Of a DNA stretch of 64,000 nt, positions 37,101 through 49,100 are shown one piece after another (the first letter of the stretch is position 1; each line of letters begins with the position of its first letter). Source of the DNA: Lingula anatina (lineage: Eukaryota; Animalia; Brachiopoda). Made by a program: the position numbers and the translations under genes. The stretch spans positions 21,142,001 to 21,206,000 of the forward strand of contig CM120645.1 in NCBI GenBank assembly GCA_051362555.1, in the 5' to 3' direction. The notes beneath the pieces were generated by a model. The model was not told the origin of the DNA. It ran no database searches and saw only the letters and a program-made list of their open reading frames with translations.

Positions 37101-40100
37101 GGATTCTTCTCGAACTTAAGGTCACTAAAATTTTAAAATGAAAGTTAGCTTGGGAATTGGATCACATATGATAATTATCAAACACAGGCCACCGTTAGCT
37201 TACCTGGATGTAGGTTTGCTAGGGCCACTTTGGCACCTAGCAATCAGCACTTAGTAACAACATCTACTCACATCAGTCTGATGAAGATCTATGTCCAGGT
37301 TGGCCATAAAATAATGGTATGAAAGTATTTTGGCTTGTGTTTGATAATTATCACATATTTATAAGTTTTTTGTATATAAATGGCTCATGCGCATGGTGTC
37401 AACCATAGAAAATGGGTGTTACAGAAGTTACAAGGCCAGAAAATGCCTTTTGTCATTCAGTAAAATGGGGTTCACTATGGTGATTAAAGCAAATATTAGA
37501 TATAGACCTTATTCCCATAGACACCACTGGTCTATGGAAATCAGTCCAACTCTGCAGGGACTCTTGCTGAGTGCAATCAGCTTAACTGAATGACACATTT
37601 CCTCTTGTTTCCAATGTTCTCATATAATCACCAATTTTTCTGTATTCTACTTAAGTAGAGTTCTTGTGTAGTGGGGTATAGCAAATAAATGCCATTTTGT
37701 CTTAATGTTTGTTAGATAAACATTGCCCGCACAATTGAATAGGATCCTGGTTTTGGTTCCTTTTCGAAACAATTTGAATACAATTAACTGATCCGATTAT
37801 ATAAATACTTAAAACTAATGATTTTATATAGAGAGCCAGAAATAAAAATTATTTGTGTTATACTTTGAAGATATGATTATTGAAGAAAAGTGTGATAAAC
37901 ATTGATTTTTGACAAATTTTGTAGCCTTCCAAGGTCATCATAACATGGGTCCCCCTATGTGTGGATTCCGTGACTTTGAAGAACCATTGTGTGGAATGGA
38001 ACAAGACCTAAATGATGATGGAGACTGGAATAATGACACACAAGGTAATTTATTGCTTTATTGATAATCTTGAAGATTTTTAATGATATTAGCTACATTA
38101 GAGCTGCATGCTTTATGAAAGTATATGTAACTCATACCTATTCTCAAAGCTTCTATGGGTTGCAGACAGGGTTAGACAAAAAACTCCTAAATTACTTTCT
38201 TTACGTACATGTTTTGGGTAGAAGAAGAATCTTCAGTGTTAACTGACTGAATTACTTTACCTGTTGTATTTACACAAATGTCATCTTACTGATGACATGA
38301 TAATTGCGATTGAAGGGTAAAAGTTGAATCTTTTATATAAAACCCCCAAAAAGATTTTTTTGCTGTAATGGTACTTATTGTTATGTTTCAGCTGGTCGGT
38401 TAGACATCAGTTGCTCAGCTCTGCAGGGTGTGGCCAAGTTGTTGTACATGAAACAACTTAATCATACCACCTGTGTCAACATTGAGGCTGGAATGTTCAA
38501 TGCCACACCAGGAGACAAATTCATTGTCATTGCACACGTCAGAGATGAACAAGGCAACGTTTACCCAATGACCTTGGTGAATAGAACCGGAGGTCATGAC
38601 TGGCATGAATGGTTTAAGAGTGAAGTGCCTCCTGGAACATTCAAGTTTGAGATCATTGGTGATTGTCGTAGCTCTGGTTTCTTGGTCATCGATCAAGTTG
38701 GAGGATATGACGGAATGTGTAGAAGTAAGTTTCTTGATAACTTCTTTAATATAGAAAGGTACATAATTGTGATGTCTAGATATATCAACAGTATTTATAT
38801 ATTTATTATAATTGTTCAAAAAGTATGAAGTATTTTGAATATTAATCACAGCACTGTAGTACTTGTTATTGAAAACATTGGTCTTTTCTATAGACAACTT
38901 ATTCAGAATTGTATCTTTTTTCTATTGGACTTTGCAAGGACATTGATGTTTGGCATTTGTAGGTTATGATGGGCATTCAGGTCATGGAAACATGGGTCCC
39001 CCTATGTGTGGTTTCCATGACTATGAAGAACCATTGTGTGGAATGGAACAAGACATCAATGATGACGGAGACTGGCATAATAACACACAAGGTAGATTTA
39101 TGTTATTAATTTATTTTACAGGTTACTTTTAAGTTACTTTTTTTTGTTTGCATTGAGTAATAATAAACTTGTAATTAACACATCAAGAAATGTTCAATAT
39201 TGGATTATTTTTATCCAGTTGCAAAGTTGCATGATACTGATTCCACTCTTGTCAAGGTTTTTCACTTTTGTACCCAGAGCTTTGTTTGGTGCCTGCCGGC
39301 TTCTTTATTTTAGTACAAGTACAATAATCTCCTTTTGGACTCTGTCATGGAGCAACACGTTTTCAAATTTACCATGCCAGTCACAGATACACATAAAAGT
39401 CATCCAGTCATCCAATTTTTTATTGTTTCTGGAGAAGAGCAAATAATTTAGCTTACTGGCCTGCCTAACATTTGTAACTAGTGTGATGAACTTCAACCAA
39501 AATTTGCAGAAATTCAGATGTACGAGGCAGGCATATGTCGAAATTTGACAATGAAAATTTGGCCGACCGTTGGGCTGTCATTAGGAACATTTAATAAGAA
39601 ATTCAGCAGCATCTGTTCTATGTTCAGATTGATTAATTTCAAAATAGGAATATGTTAAACCATTGCTTCTCTTCTGAATATTAATTGAAGATTACCTAGT
39701 CTGATGAGAATTGCTCATTTTCTTTATTTTTATAATTTTGTAACGTTTCAGCGGGCCAGTTAGAAATCAGTTGTTCAGCTCTACAAGGTGTGGCCAAGTT
39801 GTTGTACATGAAGCAACTTAATCTTACCACCTGTGTCAACATTGAGGCTGGAATGTTCAATGCCACACCAGGAGATAATTTCATTGTCATTGCACATGTC
39901 AGAGATGAACAAGGCAACGTATATCCAATGACCTTGGTGAACAGAACTGGAGGTCATGACTGGTTTGAATGGTTTTCCAGAGAAGTGCCTCCTGGAACAT
40001 TCAAGTTTGAGATCATTGGTGATTGTCGTAGCTCTGGTTTCATGGCCATCAATCAAGTTGGAGGATATGATGGACAGTGTGGTGGTAAGTTTTTGTTCAC

Positions 40101-43100
40101 ATATGAATTCGGCTCTTAAACAGCATAAATTGTTTCATTATATGTGTCGCATATTTGAAAAGATTTGTAAAATGAATATCTATTTATTTTCAGTAAAGCT
40201 GTTCTCATAAAGTAAAAAATCCTATCCTTGTTTGATGTAATTTACATGAATTTTAAAAAACAGTGGAATGTAGAGAAATTTGAACAACAGCATAAAGGTA
40301 TCCAAATCATGGACTGACTTCTGAATTTATTATTCAATATTGGTTTTTTATCTTAATTGAGGCTTGAGAGAATTACTGCAATGTAATATTTGTAGGCTAT
40401 GGTGGTCATTCAGGTCATCGTAACATGGGTCCCCCTATGTGTGGTTTCCATGACTATGAAGAACCATTGTGTGGAATGGAACAAGACCTCAATGATGATG
40501 GAGACTGGCATAATAACTCACAGGGTAATTTTCAATAACCATTGTAATGATTTTTTACCATTTTTTACAAGCTGCCATTTTGAAGAAAAGTCAGAATATT
40601 GCAATTATATAATTTCATTAATATATTTTACTAGTTAGAGGCACTGTATGGATTTAATTTGATTATTTGTCTATGTACTGACTGGCAAAAGAAATCGATC
40701 ATGTCAGGAACCTTACCATTTTTGAGATAATTAAAATTTGAGTCCACAGAACAGGTGGGCAAATCCATCTTTGTAAATGAATGCAGTAACTGAATATTTA
40801 TAAAAACCATTGCAATTTTAAATGTTTCAGCTGGCCAGTTAGAAATCAGTTGTTCAGCTCTACAAGGTGTGGCCAAGTTGTTGTACATGAAGCAACTTAA
40901 TCATACCACCTGTGTCAACATTGAGGCTGGAATGTTCAATGCCACACCAGGAGACAAATTCCTTGTCATTGCCCACGTCAGAGATGAACAAGGCAACGTT
41001 TACCCAATGACCTTGGTTAACAGAACTGGAGGCCATGACTGGTTTGAATGGTTTGACAGAGAAGTGCCTCCTGGAACATTCAAGTTTGAAATTATTGGTG
41101 ATTGTCGTAGCTCTGGTTTCATGGCCATCAATCAAGTTGGAGGATATGATGGACAGTGTGGTGGTACGTTTTTAATAGCATGCTCTTTGAAATGTCAAAC
41201 TTATTTGAATTAAACTTTTCAAAATGAGTGCATAAATATTTGCATTATAGTTGCTTTGAAAATGTTAACCTGATGTGAAATATATATTTACTTTATTTCA
41301 AGTAAAAAAATTGGTATAAAACATTGTTCAATTTTATAGAAAGGTATTAAAAACCCAATGTGGTTTATAAATACTGAACATATCAGTGATATATATATAT
41401 ATATTTTTTTTTGGGGGGGGGGTAGTATTTATTATTTTTTTTTAACTTTGAGCCTTTTGTCTCTCTTGTAGGCTATGGAGGACATTCAGGTGGCTATGGT
41501 GGTCATTCAGGTGGCTATGGTGGTCATTCAGGCCATGGAAACATGTGTCCTTCTATGTGTGGTTTCCATGACTATGAAGAGCCATTGTGTGGAATGGAAC
41601 AAGACCTCAATGATGATGGAGACTGGCATAATGACACACAAGGTAGATATAAATAACCATTGTGGTGATTTTGTTGTTTATGATTTTGTAACATACTGCC
41701 ATTTTGAAGAGAATTTCACATATTTCAGTAATACTACTTTATTGATTGATTTATCAAATTGTGAGATATTATTATGGTTTTTAAGGATACAATTGATTAT
41801 TTTTCTGTGTATTTATTGGTAGGAGATATTGGTCATGGCAGGTAACTTACCTTTTTGAAATAATTAAAATAAGAGTTGACAGAACAGGTCAGCAAAGTGG
41901 GACTTTGAAAAGGCTTGCGATAACTGAATATTGATAAGATAATTGGAATTTTAAAAATAATTTTAAAAAATTAAAAAATTTTTCAGCTGGCCAGTTGCAA
42001 ATCAGTTGTTCAGCTCTGCAAGGTGTGGCCAAGTTGTTGTACATGAAGCAACTTAATTTTACAACTTGTGTCAACATTGAGGCTGGAATGTTCAATGCCA
42101 CACCAGGAGACAAATTCCTTGTCATTGCACATGTCAGAGATGAACAAGGCAACGTATACCCAATGACCTTAGTCAATAGAACTGGCGGTCATGACTGGTT
42201 TGAATGGTTTAAGAGTGAAGTGCCTCCTGGAACATTCAAGTTTGAGATCATTGGTGATTGTCGTAGCTCTGGTTTCACGGCCATCAATCAAGTTGGAGGA
42301 TATGATGGACAGTGTGGTGGTAAGTTTTTAATAGCATTTTCTTCGAAATGTTAAACTTATCTGAATAAAACTTTTCAAAAATGAATTCATAAATATTTGC
42401 ATTATAGTTGCTTTGAAAATGGAAACCTGATGTGAAATATTTATTTACTTTATTTCGAGTAATAAAATTGGTATAAAACATTGTTCAATTTTATATAAAG
42501 GTATTAAAAATCCAAAGTGGTTTATAAATAATGAATATATCAGTGCTATTGATTTTTTTGGGGTAGTATTTATTCAGATTTATCTTTTTTTAATTTTGAG
42601 ACTCTTTCTTCCTTGTAGGCTATGGCGGACATTCAGGTGGCTATGGTGGTTATTCAGGTCATGGAAACATGGGTCCCCCTATGTGTGGTTTCCATGACTA
42701 TGAAGAGCCATTGTGTGGAATGGAACAAGACATCAATGATGATGGAGACTGGCATAATGACACACAAGGTAGATATTAATAACCATAATGATGATTGTTG
42801 TTTATAAATTTGTAACATTTGTCTGTGTATTTATTGGTAGGAGATATTGGTCATGGCAGGTAACTAACCTTTTTGAAATAATTAAAATTAGATTTGACAG
42901 AACAGGTCGGCAAAGTGGGACTTTGAAAAGGCTTGCAATAACTGAAAATTGATAAAATATTTGGAATTTTAAAAAAATTTTTAAAAATTTTAATTTTTCA
43001 GAGGGCCGGTTGCAAATCAGTTGTTCAGCTCTGCAAGGTGTGGCCAAGTTGTTGTACATGAAGCAACTTAATTTTACAACTTGTGTCAACATTGAGGCTG

Positions 43101-46100
43101 GAATGTACAATGCCACGCCAGGAGATAAATTCCTTGTCATTGCACATGTCAGAGATGAACAAGGCAACGTTTACCCAATGACCTTGGTGAATAGAACTGG
43201 CGACCATGACTGGCATGAATGGTTTAAGAGTGAAGTACCTCCTGGAACATTCAAGTTTGAGATCATTGGTGATTGTCGTAGCTCTGGTTTCATGGCCATC
43301 AATCAAGTTGGAGGATATGATGGACAATGTATGGGTAAGGAATCAAAATGTTATTGCATTTAAACAGCAATCTTAGTTTCATACAATTTTTATAGTTGTG
43401 GACATTCAGGTGGCTACATAGGTCATCATAATGTGGCTCCCCCTATGTGTGGTTTCCATGACTGTGAAGAAACATTGTGTGAATTGGAACGAAACCTCAA
43501 AGTTATACTTTGGTTAAGAAAATGATAAAGTTGGGTTGACACTATTGAATGTGAATTACTGATCTTCTTGATTTCATGGGCCTATGGAAAAGCAAATTAT
43601 TGGCATAATGATTTTGATATCAAAACATATCTGTCACTGGCAGTCACCAAGCCAAACTCTAGGGTGTCAAGATAATTACATCAAAAGGCCTTGTCACCTC
43701 AGTGTCATCACTAGGGTACCATTAAAAAAAACTGCATCTGGCTTCATTATTTCTGAGCATATTTGTATATTGATGATTCAACATCAAGTATGGGTTTTTT
43801 TCTTGCTGACTTTGTCTCTCAATAGTGTTTACTATTATTTCGTCCAGTCTATGTTGAAACATCAATTTGTGCACTGTTCTTTGTACGCATAATTGTGATG
43901 TACAAAAGTTATAAATATAAGACTACATTGTACTTAAGCATCTTTTTGGTTCTTTTTATATTTTATTGACAAATTTAAATGTAATGACAGATTAGACATA
44001 CATGTTTTATTTGGACATAACAATGTCTGATAATTTATTACAATTTTTCCACTTTTGAAGACTTTGGTGGCCATTCAGGCCATGGAAACATGGGTCCCCC
44101 TATGTGTGGTTTCCATGACTATGAAGAACCATTGTGTGGAATGGAACAAGACCTCAATGATGATGGAGACTGGCATAATGACACACAAGGTGATGATTTA
44201 TTAATAATTTTGTAATATTCTACATTTTGATTCGATTATGTTGGTCGTAAGGAAAATACAGAATGTTTTCATTGATTCATTATGGTATATTATGAGCTGC
44301 GGTATAGGATGAAGAACATGTCATATATACTCATTTATTTGATGGTAAAGAGAATTCACCTTGTAAAGTAGCCTACTCTTTTTAAACATTGATTGATTTT
44401 TACAATGAAATGGGAGGTGGACAACTAGTATAGAAAGGTATTTGTATTTTATTTTAGATATTTAACTCAGAATAAAACATGTATTGTTTCAGCTGGCCAT
44501 TTAGGAATCAGTTGTTCAGCTCTACAAGGTGTTGCCAAGTTGTTGTACATGAAGCAACTTAATTTCACAACTTGTGTCAACATTGAAGCTGGCATGTACA
44601 ATGCCACACCAGGAGACAAATTCATTGTCATTGCACATGTCAGAGATGAACAAGGCAACGTATACCCAATGACCTTAGTCAATAGAACTGGAGGTCATGA
44701 CTGGTTTGAATGGTTTAAGAGTGAAGTACCTGCTGGAACATTCAAGTTTGAGATCATTGGTGATTGTCATAGCTCTGGTTTCATGGCCATCAATCAAGTT
44801 GGAGGATATGATGGACAATGCATGGGTAAGGAATCAAAATATTATTGCATTTAAATAGCAATCTTAGTTTCATACCATCTTTATAGTTGTGGACATTCAG
44901 GTGGCTACATAGGTCATTATATTGTGGCTCCCCCTATGTGTGGTTTCCATGGCTACGAAGAACCATCGTGTTGAATGGAACATGACATCAAATTGATACT
45001 CCTGTCAAGCAATTGATAGGGCCAGTTGGACACTATTGATTTTTAATTGCTGGTCCTCTTTATTTCATGAGCTTATGGGATAGCAAATCATTGACATTTT
45101 GATATCAAAACATATCTGTCACTGGCAGTCACCAAGCCAATCACTAGAGTATCAAGCTTGTGACATCAAATGACCCTATCATCTAGGTACCATCAACTAG
45201 GTACCATTACTTAAAAAAGAAATAAATGCATCTGTATTATTTGTTTATTGATTATTGATTATTTTGTCCACTCTGATATTTGCACACATCTTTGTTATGT
45301 AAAAAGCCATAAATATAAGGTAATTTTGGGAGCTTATTCATCAGTTTGATTTTCATTGATAAATTTGAATATATTGACATACAAAACATGCAGTTTTTAT
45401 GGGGACATTATGATGTCTGATAATTAATGACAAATTATTTTTTTCATTTTAATTTGAAGACTTCGGTGGACATTCAGGCCATGACAACATGGGTCCATCT
45501 ATGTGTGGTTTCCATGACTATGAAACACCATTTTGTGGAATGGAACAAGACCTCAATGATGATGGAGACTGGCATAATGACACACAATGTAAGTTTTTTA
45601 CTGTGATGATTTTTAAGATATTTTTTTTTTATTATAGGAATCTTCATTTTGATATGACAATTGTTGAAGTAAGCAAAAGGCAGAATGTTTTCAATGATTA
45701 AAAATTATAGATATTGTGAGATACTGTCAAAGCAGAACAATATGAATGTGAGTTGGGGGACAAGATTACTATTAACTAGTATGGAAAGGTATCTGGATTC
45801 TATATATTAGATATTAAATAAGAATAAAACATATTATTTCAGTGGGCCATGTGGGAATGAGTTGCTCAGCTTTCCAAGGTGTTGCGAAGTTGTTGCATAT
45901 GGAACAACTTAATCATACCACCTGTGTCAACATTGAGGCTGGCATGTTCAATGCCACACCAGGAGAGAAATTCATTGTCATTGCACATGTCAGAGATGAA
46001 CAAGGCAATGTATACCCAATGACCTTGGTGAATAGAACTGGAGGTCATGACTGGTATGAATGGTTTTCCAGAGAAGTGCCTCCTGGAACATTCAAGTTTG

Positions 46101-49100
46101 AAATTATTGGTGAATGTCGTAGCTCTGGTTTCATGTTCATCAATCAAGTTGGAGGATATGATGGACAGTGTGGTGGTAAGTTATGTTTTGATAATGTTGC
46201 TGTACACAATTTAGATAAAGATTATAATACTATGAGAAACTGTTACAGACTTTGTGCTAGCCAGGATGAAAATGAAACTTAGAAATGAAGCAGCTTTTTT
46301 GTTTTTTATTTGTTTATCACTGGAGGGAATCTACCTACCATAGATTTTTGAACTTGTAATGTAAAAAGAAATTTCTGTCATCTAGATCCATGGCCATTAT
46401 CTCAAAATTTAAATATAAGGCTATTCATATTAAAAAAATATATGTTTCTGTTGTCTGCTTGACCATGGTGATTTATTCAATTTAAATCTTTAAATCAAAC
46501 TTTCTTATGCAAGCTCTAAAATTGGAAATGATTTCTTGATTTCTTTTTTTATGGCCACTTTAACAACATGGTATCATTACATTTGTGGGAGAACATAATT
46601 GTGATTTTTGTTTATTGTCAGAGTCAGACATTTTATGTATTAATAATATTTGGCAACAAATGATACCCTTCCACCAAAAAAAAAAAAAAATGCTAATTTT
46701 TAAACTCAGTTTATATACTGGTATTCTGTTCTCCCATTTCTTTTCAGCATATGGCGGCCATGGAGGCCATGGTGGTTACTATGCACAAACAAAAGAGTGG
46801 TGCTACCCAGGATTTCTGGATGGAGTGGATATGCGACATGGACATGATAGACCCCCTGTCTGTATGCTTAGCCAACATGAAAGCTGTAATCTCGTACAAG
46901 ATCAGAGGCATGATGACTTTGACTGGACCACTCCCCAAAATGATGGTTAGCATTGGTGTTAATTATTCTGTGTCTTTTCATTTCATTGGTGTTAATCTCT
47001 GTGTTAATCTCAGTGGTGTTAATTTCTGTTAATCTTGGTGGAGTTTTAAGAAGAATGTGACCTTTAAAAGGTGATGTAGAAATTGCTCACAAGTAGGGTT
47101 ATGAAAGTTGATTATAGATAAATTTAGAAATATCTACTTTTCCTTATTACTGAGAATTTTCTTTATCTTTTCAGTTACTGATTACATACACATGACACAA
47201 ACACTGTGTATTCATTGAATCTGATTAGCATGTCCTAGATCTATGAGAGTTCTCTTTATAAGATGGATTTTTTTTTCTAAAATTCAAATAATTTATTCAA
47301 ACTTTTTTCTTGGTCACAGGAGAGTTCTACGCCCTTGATTGCAGTAATCATAACCCTGGTGACAGGGCGGCTTTGAACTTGAGAGAAATATTCAATGTGG
47401 GCGGTCCTACATGTGGTTTTGTTCTCTACACTGCCCTGACAGACTCCCCCGTGGATCTCATGGTGGTGAACCATGGCCCCAATGGTCCAGAGATTCTCTA
47501 CAACATCTCGCGTGGTGTCATACCACAGGCTCATCTCGAGAGGCACATGGGCAACATGACGATGAACTATGCCATGGTGGACTTCCCACCTGGCCAATAC
47601 AACCTCAGCTTTGTTGGGGCATGTGGAGCAGGACCAGGTGTACACATGGTCTTGCTGGGACTTGGAAGTTCACCAAATACCACATGTGATGGTAATTATA
47701 ATATATATGTAGAATACATTTATTCTCTTTTGTTTTAAGTGTGAAACTAAAGTGTGTGTGTGTAGGGGGAGGGGGCAAAGCTCTTTCTTGGAAATTATCC
47801 ACAAAATTAGAGGGATGAACCTATGCTTTCAACAATATCAGCAGTGATAGAATAAATAAAACTAAAGAATAAGTGAATAAATAAACAGCATAATGAGGGA
47901 AAGTAAAAATAAAAAAAGTGTTTTAACATTTCCCTTTTTGTATACTAATATTCACTTATAGAAAAATTCAGCAATTCTAACAATTGCAAAATAACAAATA
48001 ATATTTTATATTTTATTTTCAGAATTTCTGCAAAGGACGGAACAGATGCATTTCTCTATGGATGCTGGAGAAAAGCTGGGAGCCGACTTTACTTGCACAT
48101 TCTCTGACACAAATAGCTGTTATTTGTCTCAAGTTCAAGGACAAGACGACTTTGATTGGATGGAACCTCAGGGAGGTAAGGCTCATAGGATTGTCATTTT
48201 TCTCAGAATTTTTTGTTGAGGTATGCTTACATCAGAACAAACATACATCAGATATAGACTAATGGACATTTGTTTCTTTCTTTTGAATTAAGTAATGTTG
48301 TAAGCTTTTGCCAAAGTTCTTTGTTATAAGTTGGGAAGTCTAATATTATTTAAAATTATAATAAAAACACTTTTATTTCTATGCATTGTAAATGAGCATG
48401 ATAAAATGTGTTGTGTGGAAAATTTCTTGTTACTGAACAAAGTTGGCTTTTATCATTTGAACTATACTATATGACCATTATTGGATGAATACTTTTTTCA
48501 GATGGTCCATACACCCTTGACTGTAGTAACAGAAATAACCAAAGAGCTGTACTGATGGGGGATTTTGTTACCAACATCACTGAACAACGATGTGGCTACA
48601 TTTTATATTCTGTCTCTGGTGATGCTGAGTTGTCTTCTACAGGACATTCTGCCACTGGTGAGATATTATTATATATATCTGTTGCTGTTAGTTTTTTGTG
48701 TTAAGTCACACTTTTCATCTATATTTTTAGAAATGGCATTTGGAAAACTATTATGAACAGTTTCTTAACTAAGAGGAAGCATAGTGATAGTGATTGTTGA
48801 AAAAATACTCTTAGTTAGGTCTGGGTGGCGAGTTAAAAATTATCATATGCCCATTGGGGTCAGTAAATGTACATATTACATAATTATATATATACACATT
48901 TTTGGCCTGACTTGGCGATTGCTGTGAAAATTACTGTTCATAAAATAATAATAAATTATTCATAAAGTTATTCATAAAATAAAGATTTATTGCCATAGTA
49001 CCAGTGTTCCATCTGTAAATAATAACACTTTTCCCATTATGTTTTTTTTACAGGAGGCCAAGACGTCCATTTTAGTAGCTCAAATCCATTGGATAGCTTC

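Larger units (their letters stand above)
36131..46175 (+). repeat. Eight tandem two-exon MAM-like modules. A exons: 36131-36241, 37925-38044, 38963-39091, 40396-40524, 41472-41642, 42619-42768, 44061-44189, 45460-45588. B exons (333 bp each): 36579-36911, 38392-38724, 39752-40084, 40831-41163, 41987-42319, 43002-43334, 44493-44825, 45843-46175
   Basis: A = [24 protein letters not shown] (resembles the MAM N-terminus C.F....CG..Q...DD.DW); B = [19 protein letters not shown]...GGYDGQC. All phase 1-1. MAM assignment by motif only. Confidence 0.85.

Noticed and set aside
36131-46175. Array read as separate small genes or as a Dscam-like mutually exclusive exon cluster
   Set aside because: A and B exons alternate and together make one domain, with no starts or stops of their own; a tandem domain array is simpler.
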